Source: Mustelus asterias (Eukaryota). Taken from it: DNA of 64,000 bases. The stretch's first letter is position 1. The number at the start of each line of letters is the position of its first letter. The DNA is taken from the NCBI RefSeq assembly GCF_964213995.1, contig NC_135820.1:124001-188000 (forward strand), read 5' to 3'. This document shows, one piece after another, positions 47,215 through 60,900 of the stretch. The translations under genes were made by a program, and so were the position numbers. A model generated the notes under the pieces. That model worked only from the letters and a program-made list of their open reading frames with translations. It was not told where the DNA came from and did no database searches.

Positions 47215-50200
47215 ATAGAACATAGAACAGTACAGCACAGTACAGGCCCTTCGGCCCTCGATGTTGTGCCGAGCTTTGTCCGAAACCAAGATCAAGCTGT
47301 CCCACTCCCTATCATCCTGGTGTGCTCCATGTGCCTATCCAATAACCGCTTGAAAGTTCCTAAAGTGTCCGACTCCACTATCACAGCAGGCAGTCCATTC
47401 CACACCCCAACCACTCTCTGAGTAAAGAACCTACCTCGGACATCCCTCCTATATCTCCCACCATGAACCTTATAGTTATGCCCCCTAGCAACAGCTACAT
47501 CCACCCAAGGAAATAGTCTCTGAACGTCCACTCTATCTATCCCCCTCATTATCTTATAAACCTCTATTAAGTCGCCTCTCATCCTCCTCCGCTCTAAAGA
47601 GAAAAGCCCTAGCTCCCTCAACCTTTCCTCATAAGACCTACCCTCCAAACCAGGTAGCATCCTGGTAAATCTCCTTTGCACTCTTTCCAATGCTTCCACA
47701 TCCTTCTCATAGTGAGGTGACCAGAACTGAACACAATATTCCAAATGTGGTCTCACCAAGGTCCTGTACAGTTGCAGCATAACCCCACGGCTCTTAAACT
47801 CAAACCTCCTGTTAATAAACGCTAACAAACTATAGGCCTTCTTCACGGCTCTATCCACTTGAGTGGCAACCTTCAGAGATCTGTGGATATGAACCCCAAG
47901 ATCTCTCTGTTCCTCCACATTACTCAGAACCCTGCAGTTGCCCTGTAATCCACATTCAAATTAGTCCTACCAAAATGAATCACCTCGCACTTATCAGGGT
48001 TAAACTCCATCTGCCATTTTTTGGCCCAGCTCTGCATCCTATCAATGTCTCTCTGCAGCCTCCAACAGCCATCCACCTCATCCACTACTCCACCAATCTT
48101 GGTGTCATCAGCAAATTTACTGACTCACCCTTCAGCCCCCTCCTCCAAGCCGTTGATAAAAATCACAAAGAGCAGAGGACCCAGCACTGATCCCTGTGGT
48201 ACACTGCTGGTAACTGGTCTCCAGTCTGAAAATTTTCCATCCAACACCACCCTCTGTCTTCTATGGGATAGCCAGTTACTTATCCAATCAGCCAAATTTC
48301 CTTCTATCCCATACCTCCTTACTTTCTTCTTGAGCCGACCATGGGGAACCTTATCAAATGCCTTACTAAAATCCATGTATACGACATCAACTGCTCTACC
48401 TTCATCTACACACTTAGTTACCTCCTCAAAGAATTCAATCAAATTTGTGAGCCAAGACTTACCCTTCACGAATCCGTGTTGACTATCCCGGATTAAGCTA
48501 CATCTTTCCAAATGGTCATAAACCCTATCCCTCAGGACCATTAACTTACCGACCACCGAAGTAAGACTAACTGGCCTATAATTTCCAGGTTCATTCCTAT
48601 TTCCTTTCTTGAACAGAGGAACAACATTCACCACTCTCCAGTCCTCTGGCCGAGTGAGACAGTGGACAGTGAGGACCCAAAGATCAAAGCCAAAGGCTCT
48701 GCAATCTCATCCCTTGCCTCCCAAAGAATCCTAGGATATATCCCATCTGGCCCAGGGGACTTATCGACCCTCAGGTTTTTCAAAATTGCTAATACATCTT
48801 CCCTCAGAACATCTACCTCCTCCAGCCTATCAGCCTGTATCTCACACTCATCCTCAAAAACATGGCCCCTCTCCTTGGTGAACACTGAAGAAAAGTATTC
48901 ATTCATCAGCTCTCCTATCTCTTCTGACTCCATGAACAAGTTCCCACTACTGTCCTTGACCAGCCCTAACCTCACCCTGGTCATTCTTTTATTTCTCACA
49001 TAAGAGTCAAAAGCCTTGAGGTTTTCCTTGATCCGACCGCCAAGGACTTCTCATGCCCCCTCCTAGCTCTCCTAAGCCCTTCTTTTAGCTCATTCCTTGC
49101 TACATTGTACCCCTCAAGCGACCCAACTGAACCTTGTTTTCTCATCCTTACACACGCTTCCTTTTTCCTCTTGACAAGACATTCAACCTCTTTTGTGAAC
49201 CATGGTTCCCTCACATTTCCTCTCTGCTTGACAGGGACATACCTATCAAGGACACGCAGTATTTGTTCCTTGAACAAACTCCACTTTTCATTTGTACCTT
49301 TCCCTGACAGTTTCTGTTCCCATCTTATGCTCCCTAATTCCTGCCTAATCGCATCATAATTACCCCTCCCCCAATTATAAACCTTGCCCTGCCATATGGC
49401 CCTATCCCTCTCCATTGCAATAATGAAAGACACCGAATTGTGGTCACTATCTCCAAAGTGCTCTCCCACAAACAAATCTAACACTTGGCCCGGTTCATTA
49501 CCCAGTACCAAGTCCAATGTGGCCCCACCTCTTGTTGGCCTATCCACATATTGTGTCAGGAAACCCTCCTGCACACACTGTACAAAAACTGCCCCATCCG
49601 AACTATTTGACCTATAAAGGTTCCAATCAATATTTGGAAAGTTAAAGTCACCCATCACAACTACCCTGTGACTTCCACACCTATCCATAATCTGCTTTGC
49701 AATTTCTTCCTCCACATCTCTATTACTATTTGGGGGCCTATAGAAAACTCCTAACAACGTGACTGCTCCTTTCCTATTTCTAACTTCAGCCCATATTACC
49801 TCAGTAAGCAGATCCCCCTCGAGCTGCCTTTCTGCAGCCGTTAAACTATCCTTGACTAACAATGCTACTCCTCCACCTCTTTTACCACCTTCCCTACTTT
49901 TACTGAAACATCTATACCCCGGAACGTCCAACAACCATTCCTGTCCCTGTTCTCATCATGTCTCCGTAATGGCCACAACATCGTAGTCCCAAGTACCAAT
50001 CCACGCTCCAAGTTCACCTACCTTATTACGGATGCTCCTTGTATTGAAGTAGACACACTTCAACCCACCTTCCTGCCTGCCGGTACACTCCTGCGACCTT
50101 GATACCCTCCTCAGTACCTCACTACACTCAACACTGACTTCTGGACTGCAACTCCTTTTCCCACTCCCCTGACAAATTAGTTTAAACCCCCCCGAAGAGC

Positions 50201-50705
50201 CGTAGCAAATTTCCCTCCCAGGATATTGGTGCCCCTCTGGTTCAGGTGCAAACCGTCCTGTTTGTACAGGTTCCACCTTCCCCAGAATGTGCTCCAATTA
50301 TCCATGTAACTGAAACCCTCACTCCTACACCATCCCTGCAGCCACGTGTTTATCTGCACTCTCTCCCTGTTCCTCAACTCGCTATCACGTGGCACCGGCA
50401 ACAAACCAGAGATGACAATATGGTTTGTCTTGGCTCTCAGCTTCCACCCTCGCTCCCTAAATTCCTGTTTTAAATCCCCATCCCTTCTCTTACCTATGTC
50501 GTTGGTACCGATGTGTACCACGACTTGTGACTGTTCCCCCTCCCCCTTAAGGATCCTGAAAACACGGTCCGAGGCGTCACGGACCCTGGCACCCGGGAGG
50601 CAACATACCACCCGTGAGTCTCGCTGCCACAGAACCTCCTATCTGTCCCTCTAAATATCGAGTCCCCAATAACTATTGCTCTCCTGCTCTCCCCCCGTCC
50701 CTTCT
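47215..50705 (-). mobile_element. Long CR1 LINE with SGNH-esterase ORF1 remnant and disrupted APE-RT ORF2
   Basis: ORF 50177-50611 (PGA, HIGTND, DGLHLN esterase); APE 48996-49934; RT pieces; tail tagaacatagaac. Confidence 0.93.
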
Positions 50706-51455
50706 GAGTATAGTTTTTAACAGCTCGATATCTCTATTGTTCCAATGTAACCAATATCCCCATAGTCATAGACTCTTCCTCTATTAATTAGCAAATTAAC
50801 AATAATTAACAATCCAGGATGCCGGTTATAGACAGAATGAAACCGATAATACAAGAAACTGTGAAAACAGATCGTGCACAAGAATCATGACAAAAATACA
50901 TTTCTTAAAGGCACAGTATTGTCACAAGAGACACAGTCAGAATTCCATCAGAGAGAGGAAGACCATTGACCACTGCAGCCAGTTAAGCAGCGAAGTAACT
51001 ACCCACAATATCTTGAAAGCGAAATTAAGCCTCTCTCTCCCCTCAATGGTTGTACCTGGAAGGCAACCTGTGAAATCCATCTCTGGGCAGATCAACTTGA
51101 GGAACATTCACAACCACTAAAAAATCTCTGCATTTTAGAAATTTTCATTTGAGGTAAAACTTGACTATGAAACATTAAGCTTGCACTGAAATAGAGACTG
51201 ATTTAAATTCCATTTTCACTGATTAGTTTCTTTGTGTATGAGGATGAGTCGTGTGAGTGAGATGTCAACCTTTTTGTTAACTTCTGGAGCAAATGCACGA
51301 GAAAGAAACAAATCTTCATTTTTAAATACATGAGCTTGCTGCTGCCTTGTTTAAATTGATGCAAGTCCTCCATGGGTAAGAAACCACACATATCCATACA
51401 CAAATCTATTTGATCATGGGCAGTGAGAGGGACCACTTCAAACTGTCCTTGACAT

Positions 51456-51780
51456 GGGCGGCACAGTGGCACAGTGGTTAGCACTGCTGCTTCAGTGTCA
51501 GACCCGGATTTAATTCCAGCCTTGGGTGACTGTCTGTGTGGAGTTTGCATGTTCTCCCCGTGTCTGCGTGGGTTTCCTCCGGGTGCTCTGGTTTCCTCCC
51601 ACAGTCCAAGGATGTGCAGGTTAGGTGGATTGGCCATGCTAAATTGCCCCTTAGTATCACAGGATGTATAGGTTAGGGGATTAGCAGGGTAAATATGTGG
51701 GGTTATGGGAATAGGGCCTGCATAAAATGTTCTTTTGGAGTTGGGACAGACTCAATGAGCTGGATGGCCTCCTTCTGTCG
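51456..51780 (+). mobile_element. HE1-type SINE (older)
   Basis: Head ggcggcacagtggcacagtggttagc and conserved core. Confidence 0.82.
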
Positions 51781-52065
51781 GAGTCCGATGACTGAATATC
51801 TTATATTGATGACTCCTAGCTCTGGTCAGCTCTACAAGTGGAACTATCTTCTCTATACATGCCACATTGACTTGTTTTATATAAGGTCAACCTTCAGCTT
51901 CTCATTTCTAGAAAAAAGAAGCCCAGCTTGGTCTTGCCTGATCACGGTAATCTCAGTTCTGATTTCATCCTTGTAACAGTGCTTTCTCTTGTGGGGCTGT
52001 GATTTCTATTTGAACTGATGCTTCATGTTATATTTATCTAAAAGGATCCATTCTCTGTGTGTTAG

Positions 52066-52359
52066 ATTTCACAGATAAACCCACGATATTCCCTGCTGAA
52101 ATTATTGCAGGAAAGCGTGTGAACATAAGCTGCACCTTCAACACAACGTGCAATGGAACAGCACCTGTCTTAACCTGGGACACTCCCACTGACGTACCTG
52201 GGTCAGTCTCAAACACTGTAACTCAGCATGGTGTCACTCTGACCTATACTTCTGTTCTGACCCTGATCCCATCACTCAAACACCACGGACACAATCTCAC
52301 CTGTAGAGTGAGATCTCCATCTGTTTCATTGGAGCGGACCCTCATACTGACTGTGCAAT
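52066..52359 (+). CDS. Siglec-like gene 2, second Ig (C2-set) exon (phase 1-1)
   Basis: Acceptor gtgttag (in-frame alternative AG at 52073-74) and donor gtaagt. DFTDKPTI..ISCTFNTTCNGTAPVLTW..SVLTLIP...HGHNLTCRV carries the extra Cys typical of Siglec domain 2. Confidence 0.95.
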
Positions 52360-52577
52360 GTAAGTACAGATATAATTCATTCTGCATGAGGTGTAATGGT
52401 CTAGGTTATGCACAGCAAGATCCCATCAACAACAACGTGGTGAGAAGCAGATCATCTGTTGTTGACTGGTAACAACTGACCCGAGAGAACTCTGTATTGC
52501 ATATTATCAGGGGATTAATTGCCTGAAAAAGAGGGAAATTGGTTTACCATCCTCTGTGACCATGTAATGTTCCATCA

Positions 52578-53080
52578 CCTCTGACCCTCTGACAGTGCGG
52601 CACTCCCTCAGTACTGACCCTCTGACAGTGCGGCAATCCCTCAGTACTGACCCTCTGACAGTGCGGCAATCCCTCAGTACTGACTCACTGACAGTGCGGC
52701 CCTCCCTCAGTACTGACCCTCTGACAGTGCGGCACTCCCTCAGCACTGACTCTCTAACAGTGCGGCACTCCCTCAGTACTGACCCTCTGACAGTGCGGCA
52801 CTCCCTCAGTACTGACCCTCTGACAGTGAGGCACTCCCTCAGTACTGACCCTCTGACAGTGCGGCACTCCCTCAGCACTGACCCTCTGACAGTGCGGCAC
52901 TCCCTCAATACTGACCCTCTGACAGTGCGGCACTCCCTCAGTACTGACCCTCTGACAGTGCGGCACTCCCTCAGTACTGACCCTCTGACAGTGCGGCACT
53001 CCCTCAGTACTGACCCTCTGACAGTGCGGCACTCCCTCAGTACTGACCCTCTGACAGTGCGGCACTCCCCCAATACTGAA
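52578..53080 (+). repeat. 33-bp minisatellite, about 15 copies, same intron position as in gene 1
   Basis: Same unit as 1-3056; downstream flank homologous to 3056-3192. Confidence 0.95.
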
Positions 53081-53207
53081 CTGAAGTGTCTGTTTAGATT
53101 ACATGCTTTTTGTGAAAGTAACCTAGATTGATATCACACCTATCACATTCTCAGGGTCTCTCAGTGTGCTTCACAATGCAAGTTAACTGATATTTATTTG
53201 TTTTTAG

Positions 53208-53489
53208 ATGCACCACAGAATCTCTCAATGACTTTTCCTGATACAATTAACCCTTTATCGATCAATTTAATTGAGGGGAGTTCTACAGTGATAATCTGCT
53301 CTGTCGAGAGCTTCCCAGCTTCTAACCTGATGTGGAGACATCTTAATGTCCCAATTAACAGCACAAGATCCAACAATGAGCTGTGGTTGGTGATTCCTCA
53401 CGTTACATCCTGGCACACTGGAGACTATCAGTGTGTGGCAGAGAATGAACATGGAGCAGTGGAGGGGTCCATCACCATCACTGTGGAAC
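53208..53489 (+). CDS. Siglec-like gene 2, third Ig (C2) exon (phase 1-1)
   Basis: Acceptor tttttag and donor gtgagt; YAPQNLS...IICSVESFPASNLMW...HTGDYQCVAENEHG. Confidence 0.95.
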
Positions 53490-54655
53490 GTGAGTGTACA
53501 CAGACGTTGACATCCTGTTTTCATTAGCTTATGCAATTTGTACATTTTTGGCAGAATCTGAAATGATTGCATTTGGAAGGTGGGGGTGAACCTTTGATGC
53601 AGTCTGTATTGTGGAGGTTGGCGCACAGGGCTGCTCTGTCCTGGATGGTGTCGAGCTTCTTGATTGTTGTTGGGGCTGCACTCATCCAGTCGTGGCGAGT
53701 ACTCCAACACACCCCTGACTGGTGCCTTGTAAGAATGTGGACAGTCTCTGGTGATTCAACAGGTGAGTTACTCGCTGCAGAATTTCCAGCCTCTGATCTG
53801 CTCTTTTAGCCACAGTATTTATGAGACTGATCCAGTTCAGTTTCTAGTCAATGGTAACAGGATGTTGACTGTGGGGGTTTATATGGTGACAACATCTTTG
53901 AATGTCAAGAGGTGAAGGTTAGATTCTCTCATACGAACATCTGGATTCGGAGCAGAAGTAGGTCACTCCCGCCATTGAACCTGCTCCTCTATTCAATAAG
54001 ATTGTGGCTGATCTTACTCTAACCTCCCGCCTATCCCCGATAGACTTCAATCGTCTTGCTTATCAAGAATCTATCTATTTCCACTTTTAAAATATTCAAA
54101 GACTTTGCTTTAACTGCTTTTTGAGGAAGCGAGTTCTGGAGACTCACCACCCTCTGAGAGAAAAATGTTCTCATCTCTCTCTTAAATGGGTGACCCCTCA
54201 CAATAAACAACAACATTCTAATAGCTGTCCTATTTACTTGCTGGACCTGTACACCAGCCTTTTGATTCATGCACTAGGACACCCAGATCCCTCTGCACTT
54301 CAGAGCTCTGCAATCTCTCACCATTTTAATAATAAGCTTCTTTTATTTTTGCTACCAAAATGGACAAATTCACATCTTCCTGCTTTGTACTGAATTTGCC
54401 AGGTCTTTGCCCACTCACTTAATCTATCTATATCCCTTTGTTGCCTCAAAGTGTCCTCATCACAACTTACTTTCCTACCTTTTTTGGGTCATCAGCATGT
54501 TTAGCAACCGTACCATTGGTCCCTTCATCCAAGTCTTTGATATAAATTATATGAAGGTGAGACTCTTGCACTGATCACTGTTGTACACTATTCATCACAT
54601 CCTGCCAACCAGAAAAAGGTTCATTTATGCCTACTCTCTGTTTCCTGTACACTAG

Positions 54656-55094
54656 TAAGAAGTCTCACAACACTAGGTTAAAGTCCAACAGGTTTATTTG
54701 GTAGCAAATACCATAAGCTTTTGGAGCACTGCTCCTTCGTCAGATGGAGTGGAAATGTGCTCTCAAACAGTGCACAGACACAGAAATCAAGTTACAGAAT
54801 ATTAATTAGAATGCAAATCTCTACAGCCAGCCAGGTCTTAAAGGTACAGACAATGCGGGTGGAGGGAGCATTCAACACAGGTTAAAGAGATGTGTATTGT
54901 CTCCAGACAGAACAGCTAGTGAGATTCTGCAAGACCAGGTGTGAGGTTTGAGAGCACAGTTCCACTCCATCTGACGAAGGAGCAGTGCTCCGAAAGCTTA
55001 TGGTATTTGCTACCAAATAAATCTGTTGGACTTTAACCTAGTGTTGTGAGACTTCTTACTGTGTTTACCCCAGTCCAATGCCGGCATCTCCACA
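54656..55094. mobile_element. Penelope-derived inverted-repeat insertion with 13-bp TSD
   Basis: TSD tcctgtacactag at 54643-55 and 55095-107; inverted pLTR arms; homologous to 24218-25150. Confidence 0.85.
54967..55003 (+). ncRNA. Minimal type I hammerhead ribozyme motif in Penelope pLTR
   Basis: CCAT-CTGACGA-aGGAGC agt GCTCC-GAAA-gc-TT-ATGG: intact core boxes, stem II, palindromic stem III and a 4-bp stem I. Confidence 0.7.
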
Positions 55095-56814
55095 TCCTGT
55101 ACACTAGCCAATCTTCCATCCATGTCAATGAGTCACCCACCAACACCAGCATTTCACTTCCTTAATAACCTTAGATGTGGCACCTTATCAAATGCCTTCT
55201 GAAATCCAAGTACGACACATCCACCAATTCCCATTGAGCTACATCACGTGTGACTCCTTCAAAGAACTCCAATAAATTAGATCAACGTGATTTCCATTGC
55301 ACAAAACCTGCTTGTCTTGACTTTTTCTAAGTGCCCTTTTTTGAGTTCCTCCCTTCCTTCCAATTCCTGATTTACAACTATTTCTGGAATGTTCCTTGTA
55401 TCCTTTATAGTGAAGACTGATGCAAAATACCTGTTCAATTCATCTGCCATCTCCCTGTTTTTCATTATTAGTTCCCCAGACTCACTTTCTATAGGACCAA
55501 CACTCACTTTGTTAGTTTACTTCTTATTTAAATATCCATGAAAACTCTTCCTATCCATCTTTATATTTCTAGCCATCTTTCTCTCATACTCTTATTTTCC
55601 TCCCTTATTGTTTTTGTTGTTCTTTGCATTTTGTTCAATAATCTAACCTGCCATCCATCTTTGTGCAATTATATGCCTTTTCTTCAAGTTTAATTATGTC
55701 TTTAACTTTTTTTAGTGAATCACGAATGATGGATCCTCCCCTTGGAATCTTTCTTTTTCACGGGAATGTCCCTATTCTCTGTATTCTGAAATATCCTTTT
55801 CAATGTCTGCCTCTGCATCTCTATTGACTTCTCTTCACCTCATTAGCCAGTTAACTTTAGCCAGCTCTGCATTCATGCCCTCGTAATCCCCCTTATTTCA
55901 ATTTGAAACATTAGCCTTGGACCCACTCTTCTCTCCCTCAAACTGAATGTCAAATTCAATCATATTATGATCATTACTACCTTCACTATAAACTTATCAA
56001 TTAATCCTATCTTATTTCACAATACCAGGTCTGGCATAGTCTACACTCCGGTTGGCTCCAGAAGATGCTGTTCTAAGAAACTATCCTGTAACCTTTCTAT
56101 GAACTCTTCATCTACCTTTACCCATCTGTTTTTCCATTCTATATATAGATGAAAATATCCCATGATTAACGCTGTAGCTTTCTGAGAAGCTCCAATTATG
56201 TCTTCCTTTCACACTGTGCTCTATCTTGTGGTTACTGTTAAGAGGCCTGTACACAACTCCCACAAGTAACTTCTTGCCCTTATCATTTCTCATCCCAATC
56301 CAAACCATTTCTGCATCCTGGTTTCCTGAACATAGGTCATCTCTCTCTAAAATGCTAATGTTATAATCAACTAACAGAGCCACATTTCCCCCGTTTTTTT
56401 ACTTGCTGTCTTCCTAAAGAGTGTACCCTTCAATATTCAGGTCATCCTGTACCCATGTCTCTTTTATGGCTTTCAGATTGTACATATTTATTTCTATTTG
56501 TGCTCTCTGTTCATTTGTTTTATTCCAAATGCTACATATCCATTCAGATACAGAGCCTTTTATGATTTTTCTAACGTCTAGCCTTATCTGTGAATTTACT
56601 CTTAGATTTGTGCTCTCCGTCCCTTCCTGTCATGGTCCGTTTATTATTTCCCATGTTAGTAACATTCTCTCCTGCTTTGTGTGTACTGTTTGATTTACCA
56701 CATCTTCTCAAATTTGATCACTTGTGACCACTGCTTCGTTCAAACCCCGATTTACATTTCTAATTATGTGGCTCACTAGAACACCAGTCCCTGCATGGTT
56801 CAGATTCGACCCAT

Positions 56815-58500
56815 TGGGTCTGCTCCACCAGTCAATGAGATCATGACTGATATGATGTGATAATCCACAACTCCACTTTCCCCACTAATCCCTATAACCC
56901 TCAATTCCCTTACTGATTAAAAATCTGTCGATCTAAGCCTTGAACATACCTAATGACTCTGTCTTGATAACTCTCTGTGGTAAAGAATTCCATAGCTTTA
57001 CTACTCCCTGAGAAAAGAAATCCCTCCCCATCTCTGTCTTAACCCATTACTCTGAGATGATGCCCCTCTGGTCCTAGACTCTCCCACAAGGGGAAACAGC
57101 CTCTCAGCATTGGCCCTGTCAAACCGCTTGAGAATCCAATATGTCTGAAAAGGTCGCCTTTCATTCTTATGAACTCCAGTGAGTACAGGCCCAATCTACC
57201 CAACCTCTCCTCATTAGAAAATCCCTCCATACCTGGGATCAACATAGTGAACCTTTTCTGGACTGCCTCCAATGCCAGTATATCTTTCCTTAGATAAAGG
57301 GACTAAAACTGTTCACAGTATTCCAGGTGCGGTCTAACTCGTGCCATGTATAGTTTTAGCAAGACTTCCTTATTTTTATACTCCATTCCCTTCGAAATAA
57401 AGGCCAACAATCCATTTGCCTTCTGCATTCCTACTGAACTTGCATGCTAGCTTTTAGTGATTTATATACGAGGACCCCCAAATCCCTCTGAGCCAATCCT
57501 CTATCCATGCTACCCCCGACACCCTGGGCTCTACCATATTACGTAGCCTTTTGTGCGGTATCTTATCGAACTTTATGTAATTTGCCCTACATGGACCATG
57601 ACCACCAGATCCTCTCCAGCCCTGAGCAAATGTCCTGAACCCTGGCACCGGACAGGCAACATAGCCACCTGGACTCTCTCTCTTTGCTGCACAGAACAGT
57701 ATCAATCTCCCTCACTATACTGTCCCCGACTACCACAACATTCCTTTTTGCTCCCCCCAACCTGAATGACTTCCTGTACCATGGTGCCCTGGTCTGTCAC
57801 CTTTACCCACCCTGCAGCCCCCACGCTGATCCAAACAAACTGAAAGAACCTCAAACCTGTTGGTGATCGCAGAGGCTGATGCTCTGGGGCCCCTCACCTC
57901 CCTCAGATGCAATCACCTCCTGTCCATGACCACTTTCCAAATCAGAAGTGCCTATCCTAAAGGGTATGGCCAGCTTCTGGAACAAAGAAGCCCTGAGATG
58001 AACATGTGAAATAGCAGCAGGGGGGTAGGTAGGCCTTTCAGCCTCACAAGCCTGCTCCACATTCATTAAAATCATGACTGACCTGTTTGTGTTTTGAATT
58101 CCACATTCCCCATCTTTGATTCCCTTGTATTACAAGAATCCTTCTGAGGCAGAGAATTCTCAAGTCGGGCAATCCTCAGAGAAAGGCATTCCCCCGATTT
58201 CTGCTCTAAAAGGGGGAGCGTTAATTTTAAAACAGTGCCCACGAGTTCTGGGCTCAGCCACAAGAGGAAACATCCTTTCCACGTCCATCTTGTCAAGTAT
58301 TTTACATACTTCAATCAAGTCACACCTCACTCTTCTAAACTGCAGTAGAAACAAGCCCAGCCTGTTCAACCGACTCACATAAAACAACTTGCTCATTCCA
58401 GGTATCAATCTAGCAAACTGCCTCTGATCTGCCTCCAATGCATTAATAACCTTCGTTAAGTAAACAGATTAGAATCCCACAGTATTCGAGATGCGATGTG
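56815..58500 (-). mobile_element. Several decayed CR1 fragments (3' ends and ORF1-like piece)
   Basis: ORFs 57039-57272, 58160-58438 and 57730-57912 (TNRFEVL). Confidence 0.7.
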
Positions 58501-58771
58501 TCGCAGTGTCTGCAGCTCAGCCTCCAGCTAATTGACTCAAGGCCAAAGCTGCTCATGCCCCAGAGACGACTGGAGACGTGACCGTACTGGCATCCAGGAG
58601 CTCCCACATGCGGCAGCCATGACACATCCCTTGTCGTGCCATCGCTCTGTGTTTTAATTAACTACGTAATTATTTTATTCAATTATTTATTTTGTTTTAT
58701 ATACTTTGCCACAAATTCCAGCACTAGTTTAAACATTAGGAATAGAATAGATCTTCACCACTCAACATACA

Positions 58772-59650
58772 GGGGCGATTCTCCCAACCTGCTGCGCTTT
58801 GTTTTAGCACAGCAGCCCGGGAACAATGTACGTCGGCCGATTCACGGGATTCCTGTGAGTGTTCGCACCGTGCTTGCATCTCCCAGGCCCGGATTTCCAG
58901 TGGCGTCTGAAATCAGCTGGGAGGTGGGGCTAGTATTTAAATAGTATTTTACATACTATTTAAATGCTATTAGCAGGCCTGGGACTGAATTCTCCGGGCC
59001 CGCTAGCCTCTCCCACCCCGCCAAAGTGTTTCAGGGGTGGGAGAGGCTAGCAGGGGCAATCAGGGCCACCCAGGGGGTGGGCGGTGGGGGTGGGGGGATG
59101 GTGCCCACCAGGCATGGGGCAGTGCCAAGGGGGCTTTGCTTAGGGGGATTGGTGGAGGTGGGGGATCCCGCTGCCACACTGCATTGGGATCTGGATGGAG
59201 CTGGAGAGAGGCCAGCGATCGCAGCGGGCTGGGGGATGGGGTCTGCCTGTGGGGGGGGGGGGGGGGGGGGGGGGGGGTGGGGGCGGTGGGGGGGATCATC
59301 ACTGCTTGGGGCGGGGGGGGGGGTGGTTCTGGAGATTGGGGTGGTCTGGATGGTGGGGGGGGGTTGATGGTTGGCCTGTGAATGGACGGAGGGGGCTGCG
59401 ATCAGGCCGTGGAGAGTTGGGCGGTCAGAATAGCAGGGGATAATGCGTATGTGCAAAGGATCACTGGTTTCAGCCTCTCCAGTGTGAATAGGTCCCACCC
59501 CCTGAAATCTAATGAGATTCACACTGGTGGCCTCTGCAGTTCACAACATGTGGGGGATTCTAGTCTGATCTCCCACTGAAAAAACCAGCGTGAATTACTC
59601 CAGTTTTCCCACAAATTCGACACTTAGAATTTTTCTGGGAGAATCGCTCC
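58772..59650. mobile_element. GC-rich non-autonomous TIR element (Harbinger-like MITE)
   Basis: TIRs ggggcgattctccca / tgggagaatcgctcc. Confidence 0.75.
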
Positions 59651-59794
59651 CATACTTTCGAGATACACACCAGTCCTGTTTGCATGTATTTAGCAATTGC
59701 TAAGTCCCCAAGCCAAGCAGTTTCCTCCGGTCCTGTTGTGGTGAGTGCGGATAGACCTTCGCTGAGTCTGTGGATTGGACACCCTTCTATAATA

Positions 59795-60900
59795 TAGAAA
59801 CATAGAAAACTACAGTACAAAACAGGCCCTTCGGCCCCACAAGTTGTGCCGAACATATCCCTACCTTTTAGACTTACCTATAACCCTCCATCCTATTAAG
59901 TCCCATGTACTCATCCAGGAGTCTCTTAAAAGACCCTATTGAGTTTGCCTCCACCACCACTGACGGCAGCCGATTCCACTCGCCCACCACCCTCTGTGTG
60001 AAAAACTTCCCCCGAACATATCCCCTGTACCTACACCCCAGCACCTTAAACCTGTGTCCTCTCGTAGCAGCCATTTCCACCCTGGGAAAAAGCCTCTGAG
60101 AGTCCACCCGATCTATGCCTCTCAACATGTTATACACCTCTATTAGGTCTCCTCTCATCCTACGTCTGTCCAAGGAGAAAAGACCGAGCTCCCTCAGCCT
60201 ATCCTCATAAGGCATGCCACTCAATCCAGGCAACATCCTTGTAAATCGCCTCTGCACCCTTTCAATCTTTTCCACATCCTTCCTGTAATGAGGTGACCAG
60301 AATTGAGCACAGTACTCTAAGTGGGGTCTGACGAGGGTCTTATATAGCTGCATCATTATCCCCGGACTCCTAAACTCAATCCCTCGATTGATAAAGGCCA
60401 GCACACCATACGCCTTCTTAACCACCTCCTCCACCTGCAGGGCCGATTTTAGAGTCCTATGGACCCGGACCCCAAGGTCCTTCTGATCCTCTACCGTACT
60501 AAGAGTCTTTCCCTTTATATTGTACTCCTTCATCCCATTTGACCTGCCAAAATGGACCACTACGCATTTATCTGGGTTGAAGTCCATCTGCCACTTCTCC
60601 GCCCAGTCTTGCATCCTATCTATGTCCCTCTGTAACTTCTGACATCCCTCCAGACTATCCACAACCCCACCAACCTTTGTGTCGTCGGCAAACTTACCAA
60701 CCCATCCCTCCACTTCCTCATCCAGGTCATTTATGAAAATGACAAACAGCAAGGGTCCCAGAAGGGTCCCTGGGGCACACCACTGGTGACCGACCTCCAA
60801 TTAGAAAGTTAGAAAAAGACCCATCTATACACACTCTCTGCCTCCTTTGGGCAAGCCAGTTCTGGATCCACAGGGCAGCAGATCCTTGGATCCCATGCCC
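59795..60900 (-). mobile_element. 5'-truncated CR1 LINE
   Basis: ORF 59874-60800; close relative of 15019-15999. Confidence 0.93.

Larger units (their letters stand above)
53935..56760 (-). mobile_element. Heavily decayed CR1 LINE
   Basis: ORF remnants FFSQRVV, VGPIESESGELIM..LNRYFASVFT, GVVYRP. Confidence 0.75.
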
